Assembly: GCF_018350175.1 (NCBI RefSeq)
Contig: NC_058368.1
Coordinates: 153,824,001-153,888,000 of the forward strand
From: Felis catus
Taxonomy: Eukaryota
Direction of reading: 5' to 3'
Length of the DNA stretch: 64,000 nucleotides
Shown: positions 1 through 13,403 of the stretch, piece after piece
Layout of the letters: each line of letters starts with the position of its first letter
Numbering within the stretch: the first letter of the stretch is position 1
The notes under the pieces: generated by a model
Databases searched by the model: none
The model's input: only the letters and a program-made list of their open reading frames with translations
Told to the model about the DNA's origin: nothing
Position numbers and translations under genes: made by a program

Positions 1-142
1 CCCATAAATTCAACTACTATTAGAGTTTTAGTGTACTCCACTCCAGTTTTTTTTAGAAAACATTTAAGAATGTGCTTATAATAGTCAGATCCATGTAATT
101 TTGCTAAAAGAAATATTTAAGTATTTGTCTTCTTCAACAATC

Positions 143-415
143 TTTTACTTTTTTATGTGGCTTATTTTTTTAATTTGAGAGAGAGAGAGAGAGAGAGAGC
201 ATGAGCAAAGGAGTGGGGGGAAGAGAGAGAGAGAAGGAGGGAGAGAGGGAGAGGGAGACAGAGAGGGAGAGGGAGAGAGAGAGAAAGAGAGAATTTTAAG
301 CAGGTTCCACAATCAGTGGGGCTCAACATGGGGCTCAATCCTCTGACCCTAGGATCATGACCTGAGCCGAAATCAAGAATCAGACGTTCAACCGACTTAG
401 CCACCCAGGCACCCC
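143..415 (-). mobile_element. Can-SINE (tRNA-derived carnivore SINE)
   Basis: Reverse strand begins GGGGTGCCTGGGTGGCTAAGTCGGTTGAA, then the SINEC body, (CT)n tract and A-rich tail; caacaat repeated at 135-141 and 416-422. Confidence 0.92.
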
Positions 416-548
416 CAACAATTAATATTTTAAAAACAGCCAGACATTTTATCCAGTGGATCTGTGATAATGTCCTAAAACATTCCCCTGCTATTAGATT
501 TTGAGATGCTTCTAATTATCTTTAGTGTAATATTGTGTGTGTCTTTAT

Positions 549-754
549 ATTTATTATTATTTATTTTATTTTGGGAGAGAGAGAGAGTGAGAATGAGGAA
601 AGGGCAGAAGGAGAGGAAGAGAGAGAATCTCAGGCAGGCTCCACACTGTCAGTGGAGAGGCCAGGGTGGGGCTCAAACTCACAAACTGTGAAATCATGAC
701 CTGAGCCTAAATCAAGAGTTGCACGCTTAACCGACTGAGCCACCCTGGCGCCCC
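549..754 (-). mobile_element. Can-SINE
   Basis: Reverse GGGGCGCCAGGGTGGCTCAGTCGGTTAAGCGTG head, (CT)n tract, A-rich tail; degenerate TSD gtgtctt..tatattt. Confidence 0.92.
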
Positions 755-1814
755 AGGTGTCTTCTTATATTTAACTCTTTGCATATTTTGGCTGACTTTC
801 TTAGACTAGATTCTTGGGTATGTGAAAACTGGGGACACCTATGACAAGTTATTTGCCAAATTGCTTTCTAGAAGAATTGTACCAAGTTATGTTTGTCATC
901 AGGAATGAATGGGACAGTGAATTCACTATACTTTTACAACATTTAGGGGGTTTATTTACTTATTTGTTTTTGTAGCTTTGCATATCAAATGGTATTTGTT
1001 TTAATTTTTTTTGGCTGTTAGAATGTTTGAATATTTTCAAATCCCCATACTTGATAATTAATTTCCCTAAGTGATAATTATTTTCCTCTCCTTAAATTAT
1101 CTGTTTAACTTCTTTCCAGTTTACTTGCTATAGTCTTAGTGACTGTCCTATCAGAAGTTTGAATATTTTGTTTTATACATGTAAAAATGTATTCAAGCTA
1201 TTAATTAAATGCTACATTTACTGAAAAGTCTCCCAGTAAGTTTAGCTTTTAATTTTTTATGTAAACATTTCAAATGTAACATTTGTTGGTACTTTCCTAT
1301 TTATTCTTTGTAAATTCAAAGCATAGAAAATCATTTCTCTGTCAAAGGTGTAAATATTTAATATTATTTTAATTTTCTTTGATTTGATTTAAAAAATATT
1401 AAACTTTTAACACATCTGGAATTTTTTTTAGCATATGGTGTGAGGTGACCTATTTGACTTTTAAATAATTTACTATGCTATGACCCAGCTGCCTGATTTC
1501 CCTCACGAGTTGCCAAATGTCCAGTGAAAGAAGAATGCTTTTATATTTTGTGTTCATTGAGCTAGCATCTGTTACTTTTATTAAGTATGCCATAATTTTT
1601 TACTAAGAAAACTATGCCCTAAAGATTGCTTTCAAAAAGTTGAATTAACTTTTTTCAGATAAGAGTATAAACTTAATAAGTTATTATTTGGTATTCTTTT
1701 TGGTACCCTACTTACTACAAAGCATACCTTAGCAAAATAATATAGGTACTTTTGCTTTTTCAGAAGTACTTTAGTCTGGAAATGTTATTATACCTTTTTA
1801 AGCTTCTGTGTGGA

Positions 1815-1990
1815 CTTAGATGTCAAATCTGAATTTCAGTTATATTTCAGGAACTGATTGGCTAAATGATTTGCACAAAGTTTTCAAACTTCTCAGCCTG
1901 TTTTCTCTGTAGAAAATGGGGATAGTAACTCTTAACTTATGGCCTAATGGTAAGATTAAAAGAGAGAAACATGTAAAAAGCCTGGGAGAT
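1815..1990 (+). mobile_element. MIR fragment
   Basis: MIR core-like ctcagcctgttttctctgtagaaaatggggatagtaa...aagattaaa. Confidence 0.55.
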
Positions 1991-2441
1991 TGCTTGATGA
2001 AACATTTATTATTTTCTTTCCATTTTTATATGGTAAAAGCTAATGGCCATCTGAATTGGTGGAAGAGAAAAATACTCCTTGTAAAACTCACATAGCTAAT
2101 ATTTGACTTAGAAATACGTTTCGTTTAACTTTTGATTATAGTTATTTTTGGTCTTTAGGGAATTTTAACAACATAATAAAATTTTACCACGAAAACCTAA
2201 TTCTTGGGTCTTTTCATTTTTCCTGTGTTCAAGCATATTCTATGAAAAGATGACTCATTTCAAAACTTCCCTGCAGCAGAAATAATGGTTAAGTGTTTGG
2301 ACTTCAAAGGGTTTGTCCTACTCAGATGTGGATGGGATGCTGAGTAAAAGTAAATAGAAGGGAAAAAGACCAATAAGAATAGTAATTAAATACAGCATGT
2401 AGCTCAAATATTAATTATGATATTTGCTCTAAAGCATCTAC

Positions 2442-2583
2442 CTTGGATTTCCATTTAGTTATTTATATGATATGATTCCAGAAATACGTGAAAGACTCCT
2501 ATAATAACTTATCTTGGATTTCCATTTGGTTATTGATAGGATATGATTTCAGAAGGATGAGAAAGACTCCTGTAATAATTTTA
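2442..2583. repeat. Two-copy 71-bp diverged tandem duplication
   Basis: cttggatttccattt(a/g)gttatt...gaaagactcct(a/g)taataa starts at 2442 and again at 2513. Confidence 0.9.
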
Positions 2584-3019
2584 CATCCATAACAGCTAAC
2601 ACATTTAATATACCTGTATTATAACACATCTCTTTATTATTATTCCTTTATGAATTGATAGTCTACCAAACTTTGCATTGCTCCTGATGATTACTATTAG
2701 GATTCTCCATGAATGTTTTACAAAAAAATCTAATGTCAGAAATTCTGTATTCTTGTATTTAAAGATTATACTATTGTAACATCAGATTGTAGGTGCTGTT
2801 GCCTGAAACTTTATCTGACTACAGGATCTTGGGCAAGGGTTTGACAGAGTGGGGATGAAAAGAGCATAGGTATGAAGTGTTTGAAAAATAATTATGCAAA
2901 TAAGTTGATTTAGCTCAATCCTTCATAAAGCAGAGCCTAAGGTAAGAATAGGATACTATTATTTTAATTGGAAGTTGGAAACCCACCAAAAATAAGAAGG
3001 AAAAACACAAGTGGGGCAA

Positions 3020-3240
3020 GGGGTGTCTGGGAGGCTCAGCCAGGTAAATATCTGACTTTTGATATCAGCTCAGGTTGTGATCTCACAGTTGTGAGTTTGA
3101 GCCCCACATCAGGCTCCATACTGAGCATGGAGCCTGCTTGAGAGTCTCTCTTTCTCTGCCCCTCCCTCACTTCTGCTCTCTCTTTCTCTCTCTCTCTAAA
3201 CAAACAAACAAACAAACAAACAAACAAACATGTAAAAGAA
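3020..3240 (+). mobile_element. Can-SINE (older), (CAAA)n tail
   Basis: ggggtgtctgggaggctcag head, SINEC body, (CT)n then (AAAC)n. Confidence 0.9.
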
Positions 3241-3744
3241 AACATAATAGGGTGGGGAAAGCTGCAAAGCAGTTCAGTGTGTTGTTTTACAACACCGGTC
3301 ACCATTGCATGAGTCACTAGGAGATACTGAAGGTTGCTTAACAGGTATGTTCACGCAGTACGTAGAACTTCTCGGGAAATGTGGTAAGAATAAATCAAAC
3401 CTAGGAGAGGGGAAGGAGAAATTTGTCTCTGCAGCTCCCTTACCTCAAATCACCTAAGTGGTCAAATTCCATGGAGAGTTTTTACCTTTACACTACTGAC
3501 TTGTCTTATCTGACCCCTCAGTGCTTCTCGGGAATAAAGATCCTTTGTACTAAAGACTGTTATTTTATCCAAGTCCAACAATGGATGAATGATATGAATG
3601 GGGCCTGACTAAGAAAGAAAAAGGTGGTCAGGAGAATCTGAGAAGTCACAAGGTTTGTTTCCTCAAATATAAGATAGAGGAAATAGTGAGTTTAGGAGTG
3701 TTGAAAGCTAAACAACTGTCAGGTGATAAAAGTGATGCTCATAT

Positions 3745-4131
3745 GCAATATTTTTGTTAGATGCAGAACAAACATACTCCAAATTACAGTGGTTTAAATC
3801 CCTAAGAATTTAATTTTCTCCTCCTATCTCAGTTGAGTACGAGTTGAGGGGATCTAGGGTTACTTCACCTGGTGTCTCTGCCATCCCTAGAATCTTCAGG
3901 ATCTCAACTCCCCCCCCCCCCCCCACCCACACACACTGGAAATTCTGTGTCTGGCTGCAAGGTGAGGGAAGAGAATGAGAGCATGGAGGGATGTATGGAG
4001 GATTTGTGCCTTATTTGTGAAACATCACGTGGCCCCACCTAACGGCAAGGAAGATTTAGAAATATACTCCACTGATGTGCCCAGAAGGGAACAAAAAGGA
4101 TTTTTGTCAACACTTAGCAGTCTTTGTCACA
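3745..4131 (-). mobile_element. MaLR LTR (MLT1-like), old
   Basis: Reverse strand begins tgtgacaaagactgctaagtg; aattacagtggtttaa..aagaatttaattttctc near the other end resembles MLT1. Confidence 0.45.
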
Positions 4132-4981
4132 TCTTAACCATGGTATGTAAGGTTTTTACTGTAGGTGAACATTCTTTTCTGAATACATTTGACCTCTAAT
4201 TTATTCAAATAATGTAGTCATGACCAATTTTAATTGGATTCTACTCTTAAGCCATCCACATCAAATTTTGCATATTTTAAAAAGTAAATGATCCTGCAAC
4301 ATCACATCTTATTTCTGATTTTTCTCAGGAAAGAGTAATTAACCTGAGTATTAGACTCTAGATACCACAGCAAATCAGCTTTGGCTAGGGTGTTCAAATG
4401 ACAGTCTTCTCATATAATTACTGAGTCAGCCTTCCAGACTCATGGAATCTGGGCTTTCCAAACAAGACTACAACATTTCCTTGCATGGACTCATAACCCT
4501 TGCCAGGCAATATAGTAAATTTTATATAAGCTGTACCTTAGCCTAAGACTTTTCAGTCAGTGCACTCTTTGATTATTTCATTCCTAACTTTTGTCTTAAT
4601 GAAAAGGCAACTTAATGACTTTCACTGAGGGAGTTATCTTTCTTATCCTTCTATCATTGCTCTTCAAGGGCAGCTGGGAAAAAGTGCTGATCGGATTAAT
4701 AATGTTCTCCTTAATTCTCTTTCAACAGAATCCTGATACCACAACTGCCCACAAAACAATTGCCAAGTCTGGGATTAAACTATTAATTGAAATAGTCACA
4801 GAAGTGTTTTCCCCATAAAAAGTATGTAAATCACAAGTATATTTACTGTGAGAATGCTTTGCAAAGACTTGTCTAACAAGTGGTATTTTTGTAGCCCTGA
4901 GTAGGAGTCATTGGTCTGACAGTAACTATATTGTCTTTTGGAATCAGAATGAAGGTCATAAACTCAAAGCGAGTTATTTAT

Positions 4982-5833
4982 TTGTTTGTTTGTTCATAAT
5001 AAAAATTGGTGTGCCATATTGTATTCATTTCAGGTGTACAAAATAGTCATTCAATATTTATATACATTGTGACATGGTCACTACAATAAGTCTGATTACC
5101 ATCTGTCACCATACAAAGTTATTACAATATTATTGACTATATTCTCCATGCTGTACATTACTTCCCTTCATCTTATTTGTTTTATAACAGAAAGATTGTA
5201 CCTTTTAACCTTCTTTACCTGTTTTGCCCATCCAGCCCAGCAATTATAGTTTGTTCTTTGTATCTTTGAGTCTTTTCTGCCCCCCCCCCTTTTTTAGATT
5301 CCACATCTAAGTGAAGTCATACAGTAATTGTTTTTCTCCATCTGACTTATTTCTCTAGGTCCATCCATGTTGTCACAAATGGCAGTTTCATATTATATGG
5401 CTGAGTAATATAACATTATATGTATACACATCTTCTTTTTCCATTCATCTATGGATGGACATTTAGAGTATTTCCATATATTGGCCATTGCAAATAATGC
5501 TGCAAATAGCATAGGAATGAGCATATGTCTTTTTGAATTAGGTGTTTTGTTTTCTTTGGATAAATACCTAGAAGTGGAATTGCTGAATCATATGGTAGTT
5601 CTTTTTTAATTTTTTGAGGAATTCTGATCTGTTTCCCATAGTGACTGCACCAGTTTACATTCCCACCAACAGTGCACAAAGGTTTGCTCTTCTCTACATC
5701 CTCACTAACACTTGTTATTTCTTGTCTTTTTGATAACAGCCATTCTGATAAGTGTGAGGTGATATCTCATTGTGGTTTTGACTTTCATTTCCTTGATGGT
5801 TAGTGACATTGAACATCTTTTATTGTGCTTGTG
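4982..5833 (-). mobile_element. L1 3' fragment (older carnivore/L1MA9-like)
   Basis: ORF2 C-terminal remnant (ELPYDSAIPLLGIYPK, ORF 5449-5679) plus L1 3' UTR; degenerate TSD aaagcgagttatttat 4966-4981 / aaggtgggttatttat 5834-5849. Confidence 0.88.
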
Positions 5834-6227
5834 AAGGTGGGTTATTTATGACGTGAATAAAATGGGGAGAGGAAGCCACAGCTGTCACATCGGAGAGAAC
5901 CAGCAAGATGCCTTCCTGATGCTCTGTGGCACAATAGTGCTTGGCACTGGTAGCATACATGTTGTCAAAAAAACACTTTATAGTGTTTGTTGATTGTTCA
6001 GATGCATCTTATATTAAAGTCTGTCCTACTGTGGGTATATATGTAGGAGTTCAGTGCAAATGCATTGATTTCCAAAAATCTGAGATTTGTCCTGCATATA
6101 CCTTTTATCAATTGGGAAAATACTTCAAGTAATTGGATCTTAGTTTCTTCATTCTGTAACATTGGAATATAATCATGTACCTCATGACATATTACAAAGA
6201 GAATATTACAAGTAAGATAACATATAT

Positions 6228-6418
6228 GGGGGCACCTGGGTGGCTCAGTCGATTAAGCATCTGACTCTTGATTCTGCTCAGGTCATGATCTCATGGTTCA
6301 TGGGTTCGAGACTTGCATTGGACTCCACTGGGATTCTTTCTTTCCCTCTATCTCTGCCCCTCTCCCATTCATGCATGTGCTCTCCCTGTCTGTATTTCTC
6401 CCAAATAAACATTTAAAA
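6228..6418 (+). mobile_element. Can-SINE inserted in a MIR (about 6100-6480)
   Basis: ggggcacctgggtggctcagtc head; TSD aagataacatatatg / aaggtaacatgtatg; flanks read as a MIR core. Confidence 0.9.
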
Positions 6419-6983
6419 AAGGTAACATGTATGAAAGTGATGAGCATAGTGTCTAGCAAAGATATTTCGCCTTAAAAATATTAAAGTGGCAGTTGGGGTT
6501 TGATCTTGTTCATTTTGGATTAAACTCTTGTTAGTGCTTCTTAAAATCATCCATTTATTCTGTCTGTCCTTCCTGGGGGTTACTTTCAGGGATATCTTAT
6601 TTATTATGGGCATTAACATGCAGAAAAAACATCATACTCTGTTTTGTTCTTGATCTGATCTTATAGGTTCAATCCCTACTCCTGGACACATGCTTGTGTT
6701 TTTGAAGGTTTTCCTACCTCTAAATGACTTTTTTTCATAATTGTGACTGTATATTATACCCTGATCTCCCTTAAGTCCTGTGTCATTGTAACTGATAAAT
6801 TCTAAAATTTCTAGTATAGCTCATTCTGCAAATCCTCTAACTGCCCTTGTCTTTTTTAATTTGGCAAGAGAATTTGAAACAACTGTCTTCAAAATAATGA
6901 GAACACATGTAATAAAGAAGTTAAAATTAATAAGAGAGAATGTAGCCTAGTCATGAGCTACAGATGAGCAAGATGTCTCATTC

Positions 6984-7664
6984 TTTTTTTTTTAATATGA
7001 AAGTTATTGTCAAATTGGTTCCCATACAACACCCAGTGCTCATCCCAACAGGTGCCCTCCTCAATACCTGTCACCCACCCACCCCTCCCTCACACACCCC
7101 CATCAACCTTCAGATTATTCTCAGTTTTTAAGACTCTTTAATGGTTTGGCTCCCTCCCTCTCTAACTTTTTTTTTTCCTGCCCCTCCCCCCCATGGTCTT
7201 CTGTTAAGTTTCTCAGGATCCACATAAGAGTGAAAACATATGGTATCTGTCTTTCTCTGTATGACTTATTTCACTTAGCATAATACTCTCCAGTTCCATC
7301 CATGTTGCTACAAAAGGCCATATTTCATTCTTTCTCATTGCCACATAGTATTCCATTGTGTATATAAACTATTGGGACCTCATGAAGATAAAAAGCTTCT
7401 GCACTGCAAAGGAAACAATCAACAAAACTAGAAGGCAACCAATGGAATGGGAAAAGATATTTGCAAATGACATATCGGACAAAGGGCTAGTATCCAAAAA
7501 TCTATAAAGAACTCACCAAACTCCACACCCGAAAAACAAATAATCCAGTGAAGAAGTGGGCAGAAAATATGAATAGACCCTTCTCTAAAGAAGACATCCA
7601 GATGGCCAACAGGCACATGAAAAGATGCTCAACTTTGCTCCTCATCAGGGAAATAAAAAACAAA
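6984..7664 (-). mobile_element. 5'-truncated, 5'-inverted felid L1
   Basis: Poly(T) and L1 3' UTR on the minus strand to 7369, then ORF2 sequence on the plus strand 7367-7664; TSD tcattcttttttttt at 6978-6992 and 7665-7679. Confidence 0.93.
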
Positions 7665-7670
7665 TCATTC

Positions 7671-7869
7671 TTTTTTTTTAATGTTAATTTATTTTTGAGA
7701 GAGAGAGAAAGAGAGAGAGAAGGGTGGGGGGAGGCAGAGAGAGGGTACAGAGGATCCAAAGTGGGCCCACACTGACAGCACAGCCTGATATAGGGCTCAA
7801 ACTCACCAACTCTGAGATCATGACCTGACATTAATTGGTCACTTAACTGACTGGGCCACCCAGGCACTC
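7671..7869 (-). mobile_element. Can-SINE
   Basis: Reverse GAGTGCCTGGGTGGCCCAGTCAGTTAAG head; TSD agatgtctcattctt 6971-6985 / aggtgtctaattctt 7871-7885 spans the L1. Confidence 0.9.
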
Positions 7870-10800
7870 AAGGTGTCTAATTCTTAATCTGGTGTTAGAT
7901 GCTGTTGATCAATAAAGACTCTGCTATGGATATTTTTTTTGATTGCTCTGTAAGTACTGCTCTTGCTGCTTATTTTTTCTCCTGATGAGGAAAGAAGCAA
8001 AAATATTTATGTGCTATGGTTTCATGAAGAACTTCAAGATAAAGAAAAGAATGAGTTCTTCTCATTCTTTCCTGTCTGGGTTCTAATTCTTTGTATATTT
8101 AGCTGGGGGGAACCAGTTGGATTAGCCCCTTCACCTCTGCCTAACTATGAGTAAGTCGTGAAAAGAGAACATTGTCATGGAAAACTCCAGACCTGAGTTC
8201 TAAAATAAGTGTTGTGTTTTAGCAAACCCCTACGTCTCCATATTTCTCAGTTTTTTTGCTTAGTAAGTAAGGTAAGTAATAATTTCCTTACATCACTGGA
8301 ATATTTTGAGAATGAGGTAAAATGGTAAATGTCAGAATCCTTTTGCAAAAGCAAAATGTCATGTTTAGACAAATGTAAAATGTTGCAAATAAGCCATGCT
8401 ATCCCACTTGTCTTTTATACAAACTCCAACACATTCAAGTATAAATATCAATATTACTTAATTTCATAAAACTTAACATAAATAAAAATTTTCTAGAACG
8501 TGCACACATACATTCTTTTTTCTCATTGCAGTCATCAGTGACACTTTTCAAATTATCATCTAGGCACAACTGTAACTTACTGACCAGGTATGTCGTAATT
8601 CCTTGCCAATGTGCTTGCTGTGGAAATTTACTTAAAGTAATTTGATGAAAAGCTTTGCTAATTCAATTATCAAATTTCATGCCTTACATTTAAAGTCTAT
8701 AAACAAAAATTATAGAAAAGTACTTAAGTTATTGCATTATTTTAATACTATGATTGAATAGCATTTGTATTTGAGATTGGTAGGCAGCATATTTAAGTGA
8801 TGTGCTCATGAAAGTGAAATATTAAAAACAGCTTATGAAAATCTCCCATCTGGCAGTTACAATTGATCAGAAATCTACTCTTCAGCATTATTTTGAAAAT
8901 AGCATGAGTTTTTAATTAAAACTGTTCATTCGATTTATTAATGTAAGTAAAACCTCCCATCTGATCAGGTTTAACTTGAGAAAGTGGTTTTCTAAAGCCC
9001 CTTTTATGGATTGAATGATACAATTTTCAATAAAGAATAGTTATAAAAGATGTCAGACATTTATTTGCTATCAATCTTTTTTTGTGTTCTCCTTAACTTC
9101 AGAATTGAGCTGTGAACATAATTCTGTTTGCTTACAAATGTTTGATGAAGTCATGATCTTAAATCTCCTCTTATTTTAAATCTAAGCTAACTACAAAGGA
9201 TCCAAGATAAAACTCTTTTATAAACTGTGTTAACTTTAGGTATACTTTATATCACTTAATTTCAGTAAAGCTGGCATAGGCAAGAAATAATTATTAAGGT
9301 TAAATTTCCTCACTTAAAAACAAAATATATAAAGCATTTTTACTTAGAAATTATCAAATGTGTATTTAGTAGCAGTTTGTTACACAATATTTTATTTAAT
9401 CCTTGCAATAATTCTGTTCTTAAGCATTCTTATTGTCTACATTTTACTTGTAATTAAATTGAAGTTCAGGAATTGTGTAACTTGCGCTTAAATTTCAGAA
9501 GGATTTCAGACCAGGCAGTTGGATTTCAAAGCAAAGGTACTACATCACTCTCTGAACAGGTACCCAGGGACCTGCTTGTCCTGCTCTGGGAGAGTTATGA
9601 GGACAGTTCTCTTCTCTTCTCTCCTGAAATCTCAGTACCTGAATTAGACACCGTGTTAATTCCCAGACATAGTTGTTTACCAAAAGTGGGTTATTAAAAC
9701 TATGAATGGAGAAGTTATGAAAATGGGAATTATTTTTGTGACATGTTAACCATTCTGAGGGAAATGTCTATTTCTCTCACGTTTTACACTGGTTAAACAT
9801 CATGCCAATGTGTCAGATCACAAAGTTGGTAATTTCTCCATGTGTTTACACAGTATTATTTCTAGTGTGTTAATGTTAATTTCTCCCATTCAAGTGAAAA
9901 TCTGAAATTCAGAGAAAAGTTATTTATAGCTGGATCCTCTAGATACTAGAGCAGAAATATCAGGGAAAGATATGCATATCTGACTCTCCTTCTTCTCTGG
10001 TGGTGTCTTTATTTCCATGGTGCTACCCTGGGAGAAATTTCTGCAACCATTTAGTAACTGGTTGTAGCCTACCCATTCTCCAGAAATAGGAAATCAATGG
10101 GCTTAACTATTCATAGTCTGCCTGAATATACATATAGTGAACGTGACCCATCGTGAACTTAGAGTTAAGTTCAAAGCCATGAACTGTATTTATTGCTCTT
10201 ATTATTGAAGTCTTAGTTTCATTTCATAATGCTTGGAATAAATATGCTCAGAGGATCTTTCAGGTTAGGCCTCACCTTATAAATAAATCTATAGTCATTA
10301 GACTCCCTATCTTCTATTGGTATTTTATATAAATATGGGTATGCTGTCCTGGTAAAGTTTTCCAATGTGCTTATTTAATACACCACTAATAATCATGTAC
10401 CTCAGCATGGGGTTAGGGGAGGGTGAAAACTGTTTCTATCAGCATCTCACCTTGTGTCTTTGTGAACCCATGCACTCTCACTGGGCTGTTTATCAGTCTA
10501 TACCTGTAATTTGTATCTCTGTTTGTAACTTTGACTTATGTCTTTATTGTTTTACCAACAACATTGCTGGAAATTAGCTTATTTCTAGGAGCTTATTGAA
10601 GGGTTGTATTGCTATTGCTGTTTCCCACCTTTTCAAAAAATAAGTTCTATGGGCTCTGAAATATCTGCCCTTGGAAATAAATTCCAGAGTTTTTAGTGTT
10701 TAGGTATTTATTTACCAGTACTCTGAGTTGTAACAAAAAATAATTTATCAGAACTTATAAACATGCATACAAGATGAAATGAATTTTAAATGTGTAATCA

Positions 10801-12963
10801 AGCCAAGGGAAAGGGAAAATAAGAATAAAAAAGTAAAATCCAGCCAGGAGCGAGGTTGGTACATAAAAATATTTGCCCTCAAGTTCTATACACTTGCTAG
10901 AGGTAGATCACAAATTTGACTCTAAGCTTTCTAGAAACCAATCAGAAAAGGGAAATGTGATTATTATCTCTAAGGTAAAAGGAAATGAGTTACTTTGAAG
11001 AAACGTATTAGCTATTCATGAAACCAAGATCATGAAACAAAATTTTATGTATATTGTAAGAAAGAAAAATCGAAAACATATTTATCATAGTGTGAGGGGT
11101 TTCACAGGTCTGTTTTGTGTAATGTTCCTAAATATCAGGAGATGCTATCTTGCTGAGGTGTGATTGCAATAAAAATCATTTTTTTTATGGGAGAGAAGTA
11201 ACTATACTATGTGATTCAGTAATGCTACCCTTTGGTGGTCCTGTTGGTACAAGGAGAGATTTCAGAATATCTATAGAAGTATGGAGCAACATAAAGAATA
11301 TAAAGGGCTCGGAAGCTTCAACTTAAGCCACTTTATAATACAACTACACTTCAGCTCATTCCTTTGATCCTTCTTGGAAATTGATGGCATTGTTGCCTCC
11401 TAGTACAAGATTTCTCATTCCTCACCAGCTTCAGTGGGAAGTCCTGCAGCCAAGAGAAGAAGACCCAGGTAGGGGAATGCAGGACCACTTCTTGCTCATT
11501 TCCATAGCCCCAAGGCCTTTTTGTGCATTCCCTGGCCCCTAATGGGCATCTAGTACTTGTTGCCTTATATGGAAGCTTTTCCTCTTCCAAGCTCTAAAAT
11601 TAACTTACTGTTTTATTATGGACAAATACCTTTGCCTTTGTAAAGAGGGGTAATGATACTAACCTCAATGGAATGTTTCCAGAACAAGATAAATTAATGC
11701 ATAGGGACATACTGGCTAATAAAAAGTGTTTAATAAATATTTGCTGAACCAAGGAATGAACTCTAAAATACTATATAATGTAAAAGATGAAAAGTTAATG
11801 AATTATCTCAAATAATATAAGAATATATTTTCTCCCATGAGACTCAGTATCAGTATATTTTATTTGAAATGGAGATAAAAGATAATTTGAAGAGTTTTTT
11901 TTCCTATTACATTAGTCCTATTTCAAACAAATTGATAACCATTGATCTAGATTCTAGAATCAATGGATTGCATGTTCTTGATAATACTCCCTAAATACTT
12001 CTTTTATTCTGTATTGATATTTTGACTGGTATGAAGTATTAAGTTTAAGATTTTATTACCCAGCCTAGCAGATTCTGAATAAGTTTTGTCAATTAATGAC
12101 AATTAGTTGATTGATTGACAAACCCTTGGTTTCTAAATATAAATTTTATAGCCTAATCTTGCTATCACGTTTCATGTTGGTTAGTAAATCATTTATTCTC
12201 TATATGTGACCCTTCAATAAAATAATACATTTACCAATGGTTAAGCAACAAAGACCAGTAGGAAAAACATGGTTGGGAATTGGCTCATGTTGTATGTATT
12301 TATTGGGCATTGATGGTGAAAATTGTCTTGGTAAAGCTTGTGAAAAGGCCTGTAATAAATAAACCTTTGTAATCTTTAAAACAAACATTTCCTCTATTCA
12401 ACATGCTACCATTTTCTTCAATTATTGCCTTGGAAATCCAATCTCTAATATTTGTTCTTGAATTCTTTTGTACCATATAACTTAATGTTGAGGTATAGAT
12501 TTCCAAACTGTCCACAGTTTGGTTTACAGTAACATTTTACTTCAAGGGCCTGTTATTGGCAGGCCTTTCTGGAGCATGAAGAGGCATAATCACATTTGTT
12601 CTGAAAACTACCCTTCTTTTCTCCACTGTTTTATCTACTTGGACAGAAAATCCCTGTAGAATTGAAGCAAAAAAGAATATTGGCATTTTGGAAATAATTT
12701 TAGTATCGTATTTCTTTTAGGATACATGTATATGCATATGTTTAATAATATCACATTGTACATTTGAGTGAACTTTCATTCAGGCAAAATGCAAAGTTTT
12801 TTTCTGCTGTTGTCCTTCTCCTTGGCCTACCTTTCCTGCAGGATTTGGGAATTTTGATTTTATCTTGAGCAATATATACATTTTCTTCTAGTTCTTCTAT
12901 TCTTTTCTTATTTTCACCATTTACATTTTTAATTTTATTATCTAAAATTATACAATGCATTTA

Positions 12964-13180
12964 GGGGAACCTAGGTGGCTCAGTCAGTTAAGTGTCCAAC
13001 TCTTGATTTCACCTTAGGTCATGATCTCATGGTTTGTGAGTTTGAGCCCTGTGTCAGGCCCTGTGCTGTGTCAGTGCAGAGCTTGCTTGGAATTCTCTCT
13101 CTCCCTCTCTGTCTGCCCCTATCCCACTTGTGCTTTTTCTCTCTCTCAAAACAAAAAAATAAAAAAAACTTAAAAAATAA
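12964..13180 (+). mobile_element. Can-SINE
   Basis: ggggaacctaggtggctcagtcagttaag head; TSD aaaattatacaatgcattta / aaaattacgtaatgcattta. Confidence 0.93.
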
Positions 13181-13403
13181 AATTACGTAATGCATTTAAA
13201 TATGATTTCCAATCTATTATTTTCCAATCTGTGATTTACGTTAACAGATTTCAAGTCAACTTATTATAATATAGAAATTATTCAGTCTTTTTTGAGCCAT
13301 TTTTAGGTTTTTTGACTTTATGATTTCAAGTTTTAAAATTTTGCTTGTTTATAGCCTTGCCTTGTTTAAAAGTGATGGGTTAGATATTGAATCCATTGGT
13401 TAT

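Noticed and set aside
2442..2583. CRISPR-like repeat array
   Set aside because: Only two abutting copies, no spacers, and mammalian context
4705..4827. 93-nt exon candidate (ctctttcaacAG ... AAA|GTATGT)
   Set aside because: Stops in all three frames and a modest donor; could only be non-coding, with no further support
10700..11300. Possible old interspersed repeat (MamRep605-like)
   Set aside because: Only one short remembered motif; boundaries and identity cannot be supported without Dfam
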